A stretch of 64,000 nucleotides of DNA, from positions 20,693 to 84,692 of the IMG/VR virus record IMGVR_UViG_3300045283_000116. One strand, written 5' to 3'. The position numbers and the translations under genes are program-made. The DNA comes from a virus. The notes beneath the pieces were generated by a model. That model saw only the letters and a program-made list of their open reading frames with translations. It made no database searches and had not been told where the DNA came from. Positions 19,601-30,033 of this stretch are shown piece by piece (the stretch's first letter is position 1; each line of letters begins with the position of its first letter).

Positions 19601-22600
19601 TTGATCCGGCGACTTCGGCCGAGAGCGGCGTCAGTCAGGTCACGAGCGCGCCGTTCGGCTACTCCGCAGCCCCGCAGCTCATTCAGATACCCAGCACCAC
19701 CACGGTGGGCGTGCCGATGAAGCCGGGGGATCGCATAACGGTCAAGATTTGGATGGCGCGCGTTAGCGGTCCCGCCAGCATCGGTGCCGCGGTCTACTTC
19801 GACGGCTACGACTATGCGTCGTACGTCCAGACCTCGCTCAGCGGCGGGCAGGGCGACGTGGGTGCCGCGGGGTTGCCGGGAACCGTGGGGTTGCCGGGAG
19901 CTACCGGGGCGACCGGGCCAACGGGAGCTACCGGGCCGACCGGGGCTACGGGTCCGACTGGAGTCACGGGTCCGGCCGGGGTAGTCGGTCCGACCGGCGC
20001 AACCGGGCCACAGGGCATCGCGGGTACCACTGGCGCGGTCGGTGCGACCGGGCCGATTGGAGCGACCGGGCCGATCGGCGCAACGGGTCCGACCGGAGTC
20101 GCAGGTCCGATCGGCGCGACTGGCCCACAGGGCGTCATCGGCCCGACGGGAGTGACCGGCCCGGCCGGAACGACCGGAGCCGTGGGCGCAACGGGACCGA
20201 CGGGTGCAACGGGGCCGATCGGTGCAACGGGTCCAGTCGGGATCAACGACCGCGGGGCATTCACGAACCCAACGGCGTATGCGGTCGGGGATGCCGTTAC
20301 GTCGGCGGGTGGCTACTACCGCTGCATCCTCGGTTACACGTCGAGCGCCACGTTGCCCGCTGCCGATCCGACCCACTGGGCACAGCTCGCCGCGCCTGGC
20401 GTCACCGGACCTACCGGAGCGACCGGGCCTACCGGGGCGACGGGACCTACCGGCGCGACGGGACCCATCGGCGCGACCGGACCCACGGGCTCGACCGGCG
20501 CGATCGGCGCGACCGGCCCCGGTGGAACGCCTGGCGCTGTCGGAGCGACCGGACCTGTCGGAGCGACCGGACCCGTCGGCGTAACGGGTCCGACTGGAGT
20601 CACAGGCCCAACCGGCGCTACGGGACCCATCGGGGCGACGGGGCCACAGGGTGCGACGAGCTACGACACCGACCAGATCGGTGCCGTCAAGGCGTGGTCG
20701 GCCAGCCTCGCTTCGATCCCCGCGGGCTACGTGGTGTGCAACGGCGCGACCTATACGCAGGTTGCGTACCCACAGGCTTATGACTTCGCCGTGACGAACG
20801 CCACAGGCTCGAACGGCCTCTGGGCGGCGGATACGTCAGCCCACACGTTCAGGGTGCCGAACCTCGCCGACCGCTTCATCTACGGCGTCGGCAGCCGGGC
20901 TGTCGGTACGAGTTCGATTACCTCGCCGCCCGGCGCGGCGAACCTGGGCGAGGAGACGCACGTCCTGACTCCGGCCGAGACGGCGATGATCGCCCACGGC
21001 CACACGATCACCGGCAACACGGGCAACCAGGGTGCACCCGACCACCTTCACCAGACTCCGGTCGCGGGCTACCAGTACCTCCTCTGGCTCGGGGAGGCGT
21101 GCCTCATCAACGCCGGGGCCGGGAGCGCGTACCCGCACGGCGCGGCCGCGAACACGGGCGCGTCGGACCGCAGCCTCGCCCACACGCACGACCAGGGCAC
21201 GCTCGCCAACTCCCTCACCACGGCGGCGAGCGGGGCGGCGCACAACAACATGCCGCCGTACGTGGTGCTGTTCTGGATCGTCAAGGTCGCCGGGGCGACG
21301 ATCAGCGCGTCGGTCATCACCGGCCCACCGGGACCGACCGGCGCGACAGGTCCGACCGGTGCGACCGGGCCGACAGGCGCGACAGGTCCGATAGGCGCGA
21401 CAGGTCCACCGGTCTCTGAGACCTCCATCCTGGCCGCTGTTCCCGTTCTCGACGTAGGCGTGCTCAACCAGATCCGCGCCGGACGAACGCTCACGGCAGC
21501 CGACTTCACAAGCATGGGCCTGTCGGCTCCGGTTGGCCTGTGGAATCTCTCCGACCTCACCGACGCGAGCGGTAACGGACGAGCCCTGACCAACAAGGGC
21601 TCAGTCACGTTCGACGTAGGCATCAACGGTTCCGCCAGCACCGCGGCGAGGTTTACCAGCACCGCGGCACAAAACCTGTATATCGCCGATACCGGTGCCG
21701 CCGATCCGTTCAGAATCAGGAACGGCTCGTGGGGTTGCTGGGTGCGTACGGCAAAACGCGGCGCTTCGCAGTATCTCGTGGCAAAATCCACTGCCGCTGG
21801 CGGGGGATACGGGTACTTCATATCCGTACTGACCAGTAATGTCGTTTATGCGCAGGTGTCCGGTGACGGGAGCGGCACAGCCAATATCGCTGGAACGACC
21901 GATATCGCCGACGATCGCTGGCATTTCGTTGTTGCCACATTCGACTCGATGTTCCTCCGCGCGTATGTAGATGGAGCCCTCGAGGCCCTTGTTCCGACCG
22001 CGAATGTCCCGATCTTTGGGACCTCGGGTGCATTGAACGTCGGTGCCTACGGTGGGGATGCTGCCACCGCCAACAACGGGCCTCATGGCGGTCGTATTGA
22101 CGAGGCGTTCGTCACCACCGACGTACTGAGCGACGAGCAGGTTCGCTTGCTCTACTGCGCACGGATTCCGCACAGCCTCGGCGTCACACCGGGTCACGCT
22201 TCGGTCAACGTTCATCGCCGTCGCAAGGGCGCAACAGCGATATCCGCCGACTTCGTGACCGCACCACAGCGCTGGTACAACTTCACGAACGGGTCGATCG
22301 CCGACAGTGGCTCGCAGGGCGTCTCAGTGGCCCCGGTGAATACCGCTCCCGTGCCTATCTCCGGAGCGGACGGCACAAAGGACAACGCCGTCATGTTCGG
22401 CGGGGCCGGATACCTGGCGTCAACGGATGCGCTCCTGCCCGCGGGCCTCGCTGCACGCAGCTACGGATGCTGGTTCAAGGTCAACAACGTCACCACGGGC
22501 TCAAATCAAACCATGATCGCCTGGGGCACGTACAGCACGGCGGATCTCAGGCTCGTTATGAACAACGCGGGAATACTCCAAACCATTGAGGCGGGCAACA

Positions 22601-23010
22601 TCATCAGCGGCCCATTCGTCGCCGACGGACAATGGCATCACGTGGTTGGAGTCGAAGATAACTCAGCGGTCGACGGCCTGAAGCGCAAGCTGTATCTCGA
22701 CGGTCGAGTGGTCGGTTCAGACACCACCATGTTCACGATCACCCTGGCCGGAGCCAACAAGTTCGCCATTGGCAACAACGGCAACTCGCCAGCTAGCGCT
22801 CCGTATCAGGGCATCATCGACTCCGTCTTCGTATGCGATTTCGCGATGCCATTCGAGACCGTTGCCAAGCTCTACACGAAGGGAGCCCAGGATCTCGGAG
22901 CCAGCCCCAAGAACTCCGGTGACCATGTCGAGCGCATGGACGCGACGAGCATTCTTGCGATCTTCGACAGCATCGACATGCAGAACACCGTGGACATGGT
23001 GATCGCATGA
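16678..23010 (+). CDS. tail fibre with collagen repeats, tail-collar domain and two LamG/ConA domains
   Basis: 2110 aa; GPT/GAT triplets; IGAVKAW...CNG...VPNLADRF...HNNMPPY collar motif; two WH(F/H)VV...Y(V/L)DG LamG motifs. Confidence 0.85.
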   Translation: MDQTPFAGLTVLQRGDALAVGTPFTDRDVRTVDHYLRVGAIDHRHDAHPALANPQVAPGVTVDPSAGQLTPDTTYYVGFTLLDSFQGETAVSPLGSGATPPGLTDPTEAPVASAVYTGGTLTPATYYYTVTLMDEFGGETLPSPVAQVSVDYGHASATVLISGLLAVNDGNPVRLYRSTNGGTYDYVDSIASDVDSYVDDGAECIDCGIGTPVVNNTMSISRLLVTVPSAAVASAAGFGLYCSDAPDLATPAFIGFLPAASAGVPIQIDSPLFAPGEPPPVSMSTPGANKIDPDTELIDWHWLRPVDTWASLGEGVNGDVRMAMDTKFIWTPSGSGAVVADDWMRVPGTTGMNGVGVIDGNGHAASGSAIEFTASGNVHVAVSQGVGGSAQVLIGSADPTLYDGDELDWLYGTPSAPGTELAHIKATSSGAEWTQVTELTGVSQDTSGFQSFALDAAHTSDYAIAEYDASARPGSVHGIGFQDPSGNVLCLTYYSGYALFDGPPFVGGSQIHAFSSPPSTTGWIVLSRLGSTIRLEHWTGDPAGGGTVDYSQDYVLTGTLATHFGGGASCFPIYWGTGATYTADILRASRGVTLKALLASVDGSPEKALMRDDGTSDFQITLGGYDRIQSLEIVGAGGTTVDTVATVGGSARVTVTGAMGGSGASGAPGPPGPTGATGPVGPTGATGDPGATGPPGATGPTGATGPVGPAGPTGPAGVTGPVGATGPQGIQGVQGVIGPTGATGPAGTAGVVGATGPTGATGPTGATGPTGATGPAGTAGAIGATGPVGATGPTGVTGPAGVAGPTGATGPAGTAGAVGATGPTGPQGTAGTTGATGATGPTGATGPTGATGPTGATGPTGATGPTGATGPIGATGPTGPIGTSGGRTFWLDYQDKSAVTPTYGTVVEAPSLKTQTALSLTLSGTSNTFAAGFISPDGVPGTAVYPPETGILRDIYGIVTTPGAFATITVYVAVLDPATSAESGVSQVTSAPFGYSAAPQLIQIPSTTTVGVPMKPGDRITVKIWMARVSGPASIGAAVYFDGYDYASYVQTSLSGGQGDVGAAGLPGTVGLPGATGATGPTGATGPTGATGPTGVTGPAGVVGPTGATGPQGIAGTTGAVGATGPIGATGPIGATGPTGVAGPIGATGPQGVIGPTGVTGPAGTTGAVGATGPTGATGPIGATGPVGINDRGAFTNPTAYAVGDAVTSAGGYYRCILGYTSSATLPAADPTHWAQLAAPGVTGPTGATGPTGATGPTGATGPIGATGPTGSTGAIGATGPGGTPGAVGATGPVGATGPVGVTGPTGVTGPTGATGPIGATGPQGATSYDTDQIGAVKAWSASLASIPAGYVVCNGATYTQVAYPQAYDFAVTNATGSNGLWAADTSAHTFRVPNLADRFIYGVGSRAVGTSSITSPPGAANLGEETHVLTPAETAMIAHGHTITGNTGNQGAPDHLHQTPVAGYQYLLWLGEACLINAGAGSAYPHGAAANTGASDRSLAHTHDQGTLANSLTTAASGAAHNNMPPYVVLFWIVKVAGATISASVITGPPGPTGATGPTGATGPTGATGPIGATGPPVSETSILAAVPVLDVGVLNQIRAGRTLTAADFTSMGLSAPVGLWNLSDLTDASGNGRALTNKGSVTFDVGINGSASTAARFTSTAAQNLYIADTGAADPFRIRNGSWGCWVRTAKRGASQYLVAKSTAAGGGYGYFISVLTSNVVYAQVSGDGSGTANIAGTTDIADDRWHFVVATFDSMFLRAYVDGALEALVPTANVPIFGTSGALNVGAYGGDAATANNGPHGGRIDEAFVTTDVLSDEQVRLLYCARIPHSLGVTPGHASVNVHRRRKGATAISADFVTAPQRWYNFTNGSIADSGSQGVSVAPVNTAPVPISGADGTKDNAVMFGGAGYLASTDALLPAGLAARSYGCWFKVNNVTTGSNQTMIAWGTYSTADLRLVMNNAGILQTIEAGNIISGPFVADGQWHHVVGVEDNSAVDGLKRKLYLDGRVVGSDTTMFTITLAGANKFAIGNNGNSPASAPYQGIIDSVFVCDFAMPFETVAKLYTKGAQDLGASPKNSGDHVERMDATSILAIFDSIDMQNTVDMVIA
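19201..19290 (+). repeat. 18-bp tandem repeat x5 in the collagen region
   Basis: Four perfect ACCGGCGCGACCGGACCG units plus a fifth differing at the last base. Confidence 0.9.
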
Positions 23011-23423
23011 GGTCAACCCGTACGCCGATCCGGGGGATCTTCTCGCATACGATGACGGCCACCGGCGCTGCCGGATTCATAGTCGCGACTCTCGCGCCCG
23101 TGGGCGGTAATCAGATGGTGGCGTCGGGTGTGATGAACACCATCGTCATCCCTCGCGATGGCTGGTACAAGTTTTCGTTGGACGCGCAGTATCAGAACTC
23201 CGCTGGTAGTGCCTTTTACTCGTATGTTCAGCAGAACGGGACTAACATCATCATCGTGTCGGGCAATCAGAACGCTGTGGCATCCGCCCCTACGGCGGCC
23301 TACAGTCGTGTGGCCTGGTGCAAGGCGGGGGATAGGATTGTCGTTCAATCGAGCCACAACGAGGGCGGAGCGACAGTTCGCCAGATCAATGGCGTTCTGA
23401 CGATTGAGGAGATCGTGTCATGA
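23007..23423 (+). CDS. small beta-sandwich (C1q/BclA-CTD-like) fibre-associated protein
   Basis: [12 protein letters not shown]...GDRIVVQ pattern. Confidence 0.5.
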   Translation: MRSTRTPIRGIFSHTMTATGAAGFIVATLAPVGGNQMVASGVMNTIVIPRDGWYKFSLDAQYQNSAGSAFYSYVQQNGTNIIIVSGNQNAVASAPTAAYSRVAWCKAGDRIVVQSSHNEGGATVRQINGVLTIEEIVS

Positions 23424-24493
23424 GGCTCCACGTCGTCAGCCTGCCCCACACGCAGACGACCGGCGAGTACAACCAGTGCGCCTACACGGCCAAGGCCACC
23501 CGGTTCTGCACGATGATGACCGACCTCGGTCACGACGTGATCCTGTACGCCTCCGAGGAGAACGAGGCGCGCTGCGCCGAGCTGGTGACGTGCATCACGA
23601 AGAACCAGCAGGAGAACATGATCCCGGAGGGCGAGGTCTACGAGGTCGACTTCGACCCGACGCTGCCGTTCTGGCGGCACTTCAACGCCAAGGTGATCGA
23701 GAAGCTGCGCCCGCGGCTCGAGCCTCACGACTTCATCTGCCTGACGGTCGGCGACCCGCACCGCGAGATCGTCGAGGCGTACCCGAACCACATCGTTGTC
23801 GAGACTGGAGTCGGATACGAAGGCATCCTGCCGTCGACGTGGAAGGTGTACGAGAGCTACGCATGGATGCACGCCATGTACGGGAAGAACGGCCCGACCG
23901 CCGCTGACGGCCGCGCGTTCGACGCGGTGATCCCGAACTTCTACGACGTGGATGACTTCCCGGCCGGGGACGGGGACGGCGGCTACTACGCCTTCCTGTC
24001 GCGGATGACGCCGCGCAAGGGGCCGACGATCGCGATCGACGCCGCGGCCGAAGTTGGCGCGGAACTGTGGGTCGGCGGGTCGGGCGGCGACCGGATCGAG
24101 GCCGACCACGTGAAGTACCTCGGGTTTCTGGACGCAGAGGGGCGCGCGAAGGCGCTGGGCGGCGCGATCGCGACGTTCGTCCCAACGCAGTACATCGAGC
24201 CGTTCGGCGGGGTCGCGGTCGAGTCGATGCTTTGCGGGACTCCGGTCATCACTTCGGACTTCGGCGCGTTCACCGAGACGGTGCACCACGGCGTTGACGG
24301 CTACCGCTGTCACGTGATGGGCGAGTACGTCATCGCCGCACTGGCCGCCCACGAGCTCGACCGCGACGCGATCCGCGAGTCGGCGATCTCGCGATTCTCG
24401 ACGGAGGTTGCGGGTCGCAGATACGAGCTGCACTTCGGCCGGTTGCTGACGCTGTGGGGCGCAGGGTTCTACGAAGGGGTGACCGTCCGGTGA
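23420..24493 (+). CDS. glycosyltransferase, GT-B/GT4
   Basis: RMTPRKG and EPFGGVAVESMLCGTPVITSDFGAFTETV motifs. Confidence 0.9.
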   Translation: MRLHVVSLPHTQTTGEYNQCAYTAKATRFCTMMTDLGHDVILYASEENEARCAELVTCITKNQQENMIPEGEVYEVDFDPTLPFWRHFNAKVIEKLRPRLEPHDFICLTVGDPHREIVEAYPNHIVVETGVGYEGILPSTWKVYESYAWMHAMYGKNGPTAADGRAFDAVIPNFYDVDDFPAGDGDGGYYAFLSRMTPRKGPTIAIDAAAEVGAELWVGGSGGDRIEADHVKYLGFLDAEGRAKALGGAIATFVPTQYIEPFGGVAVESMLCGTPVITSDFGAFTETVHHGVDGYRCHVMGEYVIAALAAHELDRDAIRESAISRFSTEVAGRRYELHFGRLLTLWGAGFYEGVTVR

Positions 24494-26241
24494 CGATCAC
24501 TTCGATCGCGCCGGACCGTACGACGGCGACGATCGACCACACGATCATCGTCGACATCGTCGGCGGCGTGAACGTGATGCCCGCCATCCAGCGCCAGTGG
24601 TGCTTCGAGGCGATCGACACCTGCGCGTTCGACTGGATGCGTCTCGCCGCCGCGGTAGGTGTGAACACGCACGACTCGACCCTCGGGCAGGCCGGAGTCA
24701 CGCCCGCCAACATCCGCATCGTCTGCGAGGTCGTGCCGAAGGGGAGCATCTCGCGCTTCGACCAAGGCGAATACGGCTACGGCGTGTGGGGCGACCCGCG
24801 GCTTCCGGAGAACCACGTCTACATCTGGGATGGCCTCGGGGCCAACCCGCCGCCGTTCGGTGGCCGCATGTTCTTCAAGGAGACCGTCATCCATGCGCTC
24901 GGGGACATCGCCACCGTGGCGCTCGCGCCGCAGAAGGACCCGTGGAAGATGGCGGAGCTCGGGATGGCGATGGGTCTCGGCACCGTCACCACCGAGAGCT
25001 TCGACACGCCGAACACGCCTCCGGACCTGCTCATGCCTCCGGACTCCCGTCCGAAGCAGACCGACCTCAACAACATGAAGAAGCCCAGCATCAACGAGGC
25101 GTACAACGCCTGGCTCGGCGTCGGAAAGCACATCAAGCAGCTACACCGCGACGACTTCTTCGAGCCGATCCCCGGCTTCCCGGACGAAACGGACAACTTC
25201 TACTACCTGTATTGGGGCAAGACGGTCGGGCTCGACGGCGTGCCCGGCATGTACAACCCCGACAATCCGGAGGTCGTCGGCGGGGGCGGGATGTTCCAGG
25301 AGACGTACATCACCGTCGACGCGCCGCCGTGGGACGAGGACCCGCGCGAGTTCATGGCCGAAGCGTTCAAGGACATCTACGCCGCCAACGGCGCGTACCG
25401 CTTCGCCAACAGGACGAAACTCAAGGCGGACTATCGGGTCGTCGACAAGCACTTCTCGATCCTGCTGCCCCTGGGTGGCACCGGCTACACGGGGGCGGCG
25501 TCCGACATCGGCTCGGCGCTGCTGGGGGTCAATCAGGACACGGGTGCCCTGACCCAGAACGAGCTGTCGATCCGCACCGGCCTGCCGCACTCGAAGATCA
25601 CGCAGCACTCCTCGATCCAGACGCGGCCGTGGGGAATGGAGGACGAGCCTCACGTGGTGGGCACGACCTACGAGGTCTCGGTTCAGACGACGATCGAACA
25701 GCAGGACGAACGGCAGACGGTCACCGCGCACGAGGGCTACAAGCGTGGGCTCACGATCGCGCTCAAGATCGACGAGCCCCACGGCGGAGTGTCCGAGGAG
25801 GACTGGTTGGCCGGGGTCGGGCTCGGGATCATCGGCAGCCAGATCAACATGCAGATCCTCGTCAATATCGCGACGTTGCCCGACCACAGCCCGCCGAACC
25901 CCTTGATCCGGCCGGGCATCGACTTCGGCAACACCATCGACGGCGTGACTGAAGTCTCACCCTTCCTGGCCGGGGTAGCGGTCATCAACCGCCACGCGCC
26001 GAACGGCTCCCCCGCTACGTTCCCGCTGAACATCCACGCCGAGTGGCACGCGCACTCGAGACGGGGGCCGGGGCGACTTGCGACTGGAGTCGTGAAGGTC
26101 AAGGGCTGGGACAACGGTGTGATGGTCCCGGCCGATCGGCACATGGGGCGCGGTGTGACGGCGGCCGACCAACACGAGCCCGCCGTATTGGACTCCGGTG
26201 GCACCGGATACGCGCAGCCCTTGACGGTCAACGGCATCTGA
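24490..26241 (+). CDS. hypothetical protein with degenerate zincin-like motifs
   Basis: 583 aa from GTG; ETVIHALGD and EFMAEAF. Confidence 0.55.
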   Translation: MTITSIAPDRTTATIDHTIIVDIVGGVNVMPAIQRQWCFEAIDTCAFDWMRLAAAVGVNTHDSTLGQAGVTPANIRIVCEVVPKGSISRFDQGEYGYGVWGDPRLPENHVYIWDGLGANPPPFGGRMFFKETVIHALGDIATVALAPQKDPWKMAELGMAMGLGTVTTESFDTPNTPPDLLMPPDSRPKQTDLNNMKKPSINEAYNAWLGVGKHIKQLHRDDFFEPIPGFPDETDNFYYLYWGKTVGLDGVPGMYNPDNPEVVGGGGMFQETYITVDAPPWDEDPREFMAEAFKDIYAANGAYRFANRTKLKADYRVVDKHFSILLPLGGTGYTGAASDIGSALLGVNQDTGALTQNELSIRTGLPHSKITQHSSIQTRPWGMEDEPHVVGTTYEVSVQTTIEQQDERQTVTAHEGYKRGLTIALKIDEPHGGVSEEDWLAGVGLGIIGSQINMQILVNIATLPDHSPPNPLIRPGIDFGNTIDGVTEVSPFLAGVAVINRHAPNGSPATFPLNIHAEWHAHSRRGPGRLATGVVKVKGWDNGVMVPADRHMGRGVTAADQHEPAVLDSGGTGYAQPLTVNGI

Positions 26242-26367
26242 CGGTAGGGTTTTCCGCTGCGACAAAAAATGCGACGCCGCTGGACGGAGTTGTCCTAGAC
26301 CGAGGACCATTCCCGCGCTGAACCAGCGGCGTCGCAGTCGTTCTACCACCTACCCGTAGGAGGAGAC

Positions 26368-26880
26368 ATGACGACGGACAAGGGTCCGCAGCATTTCATG
26401 GTCGGATTCGTCGGAGGTCTGACGATCGGCCTGTTGGTCGGCTGGCTCTATCTCAGCGGCGGCTCTGCTGGTGCGAAGCCGCGGCCGCACTGCTCCCCCG
26501 CGTGCGTCGAGCGCGTGAAGGGCAAGATCAGGAAGCGCCTGCACCACCGGCACGTACTGGAGGCGCGCCACGCTCGGTATCGGGCGGCGAAGGAACGTGC
26601 GGGCATGGCGACCGCCGTCGCGTCGTGGTACGAGGACGCCGGAGGAACGGCGTGCGGAACGCACTACAGGGACGGAGTGGCCCACAAGACGTTGCCGTGC
26701 GGCACGTTCGTCCGGATGTGCGCGGTGCGTTGCGTGACCGCGACCGTTCAAGACCGAGGGCCGTTCATCGCAGGACGCGAGTTCGATCTCAATCCTGGCC
26801 TCAAGGCCGACATCGGGTGCGGCGACATCTGCACGGTCCGTTGGGCCGTCGTCACCGAGCACCCTCCGACCGGAAGGTAG
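26368..26880 (+). CDS. rlpA: RlpA-like double-psi beta-barrel lytic transglycosylase with an N-terminal TM/signal
   Basis: ASWY...VAHKTLPCGT...VQDRGPFIAGREFDL. Confidence 0.85.
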   Translation: MTTDKGPQHFMVGFVGGLTIGLLVGWLYLSGGSAGAKPRPHCSPACVERVKGKIRKRLHHRHVLEARHARYRAAKERAGMATAVASWYEDAGGTACGTHYRDGVAHKTLPCGTFVRMCAVRCVTATVQDRGPFIAGREFDLNPGLKADIGCGDICTVRWAVVTEHPPTGR

Positions 26881-26882
26881 AC

Positions 26883-27275
26883 ATGACCGTCCTACTGGCC
26901 TCACTGGCGCTCGTCGCCGCCCCGCATCCCATCCACCACCCCCGGCCCAGCCACTCGCCCTGTTCGATCGCGTGTATCGAGCGGGTGAAGACCAAGATCC
27001 GGCACGACATCCGGGTGCGCCATCGCAAGGAATGGCGGGCCTTCATCGCCCCGTACGTCGGCTGGCTCAGATCGACGCGCTCGTGCGAGTCGGGCGGCGA
27101 CTACAAGATCAACACGGGCAACGGGTTCTACGGTGCGTACCAGTTCGTCCTGACCACCTGGCAGTCGATGGGTGGCCGCGGGTTGCCCAACGACGCTTCG
27201 CCATTGGAGCAGGACTACCGGGCGGTGAAGCTGCTCAAGGCGGCTGGCACCGGGCCGTGGCCCGTCTGCGGGTAG
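26883..27275 (+). CDS. rpf: resuscitation-promoting-factor-like transglycosylase, secreted
   Basis: CESGG..INTGNGFYGAYQF..TW...ASPLEQ...WPVCG; hydrophobic N-terminus. Confidence 0.9.
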   Translation: MTVLLASLALVAAPHPIHHPRPSHSPCSIACIERVKTKIRHDIRVRHRKEWRAFIAPYVGWLRSTRSCESGGDYKINTGNGFYGAYQFVLTTWQSMGGRGLPNDASPLEQDYRAVKLLKAAGTGPWPVCG

Positions 27276-27287
27276 TCGTAGATTAGG
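27274..27287 (+). promoter_or_regulatory. AGTCGTAGATTAGG motif copy 3
   Basis: Exact repeat upstream of the membrane/holin genes. Confidence 0.6.
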
Positions 27288-27298
27288 GGGCGAGCAAT

Positions 27299-27514
27299 GT
27301 GCTCGCCCTCGCCGCTGAAACCCTGTTTGGTGCAGTCGCCGCGCTGTGCTCCATCATCGGCATAGCGATGGCGATCCTCAGCCATATCGCTGGGCGCAGG
27401 AACGCGGCCGAGCAGGCTGCCGATGAGCTGCACGAGAAGCTGCTGGCTGAGCAGCGCCGCTCCGAGGAGCTCTCAGCCGAGCTCCACAGGCTGAGGATGG
27501 AGGAGCTGTCGTGA
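27299..27514 (+). CDS. small membrane protein (TM plus coiled coil)
   Basis: 71 aa, one hydrophobic helix. Confidence 0.6.
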   Translation: MLALAAETLFGAVAALCSIIGIAMAILSHIAGRRNAAEQAADELHEKLLAEQRRSEELSAELHRLRMEELS

Positions 27515-27924
27515 GACTCGGGTCTACAGCGACCGCTGTGCTGCTGGCCGGTGGCCTGGGCATGACTGGAGTCGCAGGCTTCTTCACGGCCAAGGCCGTC
27601 ACCGCCAGCGCACAGTCGGCGGGGACAACCCGGACGGTCACCGTCGACGTGGGCACGGGCGTGATCGGGCCGCCCGGACCGCCTGGTCCGAAGGGTGACA
27701 CCGGAGCGAAGGGTGCGACGGGCGACACTGGCCCCACCGGACCTGCCGGACCTGCTGGCGACACCGGCCCGGCCGGACCCGCTGGTCCGAAGGGCGACAA
27801 GGGCGACACGGGTCCCGCGGGCGGCATCATCTGCCCTGCCGGGTTCAGCGAAGGGTTCGTGCAGATCAACGGAGCGGGTGGGCACGTCGTCATCTACACC
27901 TGCGTGGAGGACACAGCACCATGA
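27511..27924 (+). CDS. secreted or membrane collagen-like protein
   Basis: Signal-like N-terminus, G-X-Y repeats, Cys pair at the C-terminus. Confidence 0.7.
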   Translation: MRLGSTATAVLLAGGLGMTGVAGFFTAKAVTASAQSAGTTRTVTVDVGTGVIGPPGPPGPKGDTGAKGATGDTGPTGPAGPAGDTGPAGPAGPKGDKGDTGPAGGIICPAGFSEGFVQINGAGGHVVIYTCVEDTAP

Positions 27925-28151
27925 GCGAAATCATCAAGCGTGCGTGGAAGGAACCCGCCGTCGGCATCGGCCTACTGGTCACCGTGGCCCTGGCGATCGG
28001 GGCCGCTGCGACAAGCTCTGACTGGAGTTGGGAGACGATCGTGGCGGTGCTGTCCCCGCTGCTGGCCGGGCTCGGCATCCGGCCGCTGGTGACCCCGGTC
28101 AAGAAGCCTGCGGATGTTGTACCATCGCCGCAAGGCGATACTGCGGTCTGA
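27921..28151 (+). CDS. holin
   Basis: 76 aa, two TM helices, EPA...RPLVTPV pattern typical of actinophage holins. Confidence 0.65.
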   Translation: MSEIIKRAWKEPAVGIGLLVTVALAIGAAATSSDWSWETIVAVLSPLLAGLGIRPLVTPVKKPADVVPSPQGDTAV

Positions 28152-28472
28152 GGCTCGATCTGGCTACCTTTCGGCTGCCGCGTCCGCCACAGACGAGTGA
28201 GCCTTTGGCTTAGCGAGTCGCTCCGGTCCGGGGCGGCTCGCGGCCTTTCTGGACGGATGTTCGGTACATCTTCGACGCGCGATGGCCGATCATCGGGTCG
28301 TAGGGTTGAACATCGTCTTGGCCGGTCCCACGGCGGCATACCACCGGGACCGGAGGGGCCACAGGCGACGATCCCCTTCGACCGCGACCCGCCACCTACC
28401 CCGGCGGGTCGCGGTCGTTCTGCGTCCGGTTCGGTTTGTATCCTGGGCTGAAATCACGACCCACGGAGCGAA

Positions 28473-29447
28473 ATGCCTGACACCCCGCAAGAAGTCGAAC
28501 TCGCCGCCGAACAGCACGGGTCCCGGTGGTTCCACGCCCCGCCAGCCGGAGAGGACTTCGCCGCCTGGTTCGCCGCCAACGTGAAGATCCACGAGGGCAT
28601 GGAGCACGCGCCGTACGTCACCGGCTGCGTGATGATCGGCAGCCAGGAGACCTACAAGCGCACGATCCAGAAGGCCAACGGCGAGCTCGTGTTCCTGGAC
28701 TCCAAGCGCCGGGTCTACACGCCGTACGCCAAAGTCGAGACTCGAGTCGCGTACTTCTGGGACCTGATGGACACCGACGGCTTCGACGACGTGGTCGGCA
28801 TGATCGAGCCGGTCCCGATGGCGAGCCTCAACGACCCCGGCTACGTCAACTACAACCTGCCGCCCGGCTTCTTCCGCATCCCGATCGGCCTCGGCGGCAA
28901 CATCGTCAGCTACATCGGCTGCTCGATGAAGGTCAGCATGTGGGACAAGGGCTCGATCATGTGGGTCGAGCGCGAGGAGGTCACCCGGCTCCCGGACGGC
29001 ACGGAGACCACGCGGCCCTTCCACGAGTTGCAGGGCACGCCCGTTCGCGTGTTCCCCTCGGCGACCAAGATGGTGCCCGTCCTGAGCCGCAGCGACGAGG
29101 AGGACCCGTTCGCGGTGATGAAGGCAGAGACCGGCGCGGTCGGCCGCGCGCTCGGTATGGCCGGGATGCTCGTGATCCCCGGCTCCGGTGTCGCCACTGC
29201 CGACGACATGCTCGAGGTCGACTCGATCACCCGCGGCGTAACTTCCGACCCGAGTCTCCCGGCAGCACCCCAGGCGGCCGCGGAGGGCGTCGACGAGGTC
29301 GAGGAGCTCAAGGTGCGATTCGAGGCGCTGGATAAGGGCCAGCAGACGATCGTCGAGGAGTGGGCGGAGGGCCGCAAGATCGACCTGAGCAACCCGAAGT
29401 CGACGCAGCTCCGGGCGATCCGCGCGCAGATCGACCGCCTGTCGTGA
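28473..29447 (+). CDS. single-strand annealing protein (Rad52/Sak/Erf-like)
   Basis: YAKVETRV and KAETGAVGRALG motifs. Confidence 0.6.
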   Translation: MPDTPQEVELAAEQHGSRWFHAPPAGEDFAAWFAANVKIHEGMEHAPYVTGCVMIGSQETYKRTIQKANGELVFLDSKRRVYTPYAKVETRVAYFWDLMDTDGFDDVVGMIEPVPMASLNDPGYVNYNLPPGFFRIPIGLGGNIVSYIGCSMKVSMWDKGSIMWVEREEVTRLPDGTETTRPFHELQGTPVRVFPSATKMVPVLSRSDEEDPFAVMKAETGAVGRALGMAGMLVIPGSGVATADDMLEVDSITRGVTSDPSLPAAPQAAAEGVDEVEELKVRFEALDKGQQTIVEEWAEGRKIDLSNPKSTQLRAIRAQIDRLS

Positions 29448-29650
29448 AAGAGGTCGAGCACCACGAAGCGTCGGACGGCCGGACGTTTAGGACATTCACC
29501 GTCCCGTGTTTCCATATGGACCCGTGCTGGCAGGGGCGCTGCCAGTGCGGCGAGGCGCTGACGAAGCACGACGACACCCGCGAGATGTCCATTCGCTGCT
29601 CCCTGGAGGCGCTCAGGAAGGACCACCCGACGTGCAGACGACGGAAGTAG
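29444..29650 (+). CDS. small Cys-rich hypothetical protein
   Basis: GTGA overlap, 68 aa. Confidence 0.45.
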   Translation: MKEVEHHEASDGRTFRTFTVPCFHMDPCWQGRCQCGEALTKHDDTREMSIRCSLEALRKDHPTCRRRK

Positions 29651-30006
29651 CGCTGGAGTACCTGCCGCCGTCCTACAACGTCCTGATGCGGAGCCACTGG
29701 CGCAAGCAGGCCAAGCTCAAGGCCGACCTCCAGCAGGACATCACGATCATGCTGCTCGCGGTCAAGCTGCCACGGCTCCTGTCGTTCGTCAGGGCCACGG
29801 CGGTCCTGATCGTCCCGGACCGGCGCAAGCGTGACGAGGGCAACTACCGCACACCGCTGGAGAAGGCCCTCGGCGATGCCCTCGCGCCGAGTGGCGGGCA
29901 TGGGTGGCTCCCCGACGACACGCCGCAGCACTACCGGTTCGAGCGACTGGAGTTCGAGCACGTTCCAAGGAGCTCGAGGACGCTCCTCTCCTTGGAGTAC
30001 CGATGA
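29632..30006 (+). CDS. rusA: RusA-like Holliday junction resolvase
   Basis: LPPSYN...RRKRDEGNY...KALGDAL...PDDT. Confidence 0.75.
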   Translation: MQTTEVALEYLPPSYNVLMRSHWRKQAKLKADLQQDITIMLLAVKLPRLLSFVRATAVLIVPDRRKRDEGNYRTPLEKALGDALAPSGGHGWLPDDTPQHYRFERLEFEHVPRSSRTLLSLEYR

Positions 30007-30033
30007 TCCGACCGAAGTCGTAGCATCATCGAC

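Noticed and set aside
18660-21410. Collagen repeats as a CRISPR array or DGR repeats
   Set aside because: They are in-frame Gly-X-Y coding repeats with no unique spacers; no reverse transcriptase or cas operon is present
26242-26367. c-di-AMP (ydaO) riboswitch upstream of rpf
   Set aside because: The region is short and I could not find the conserved ydaO motifs
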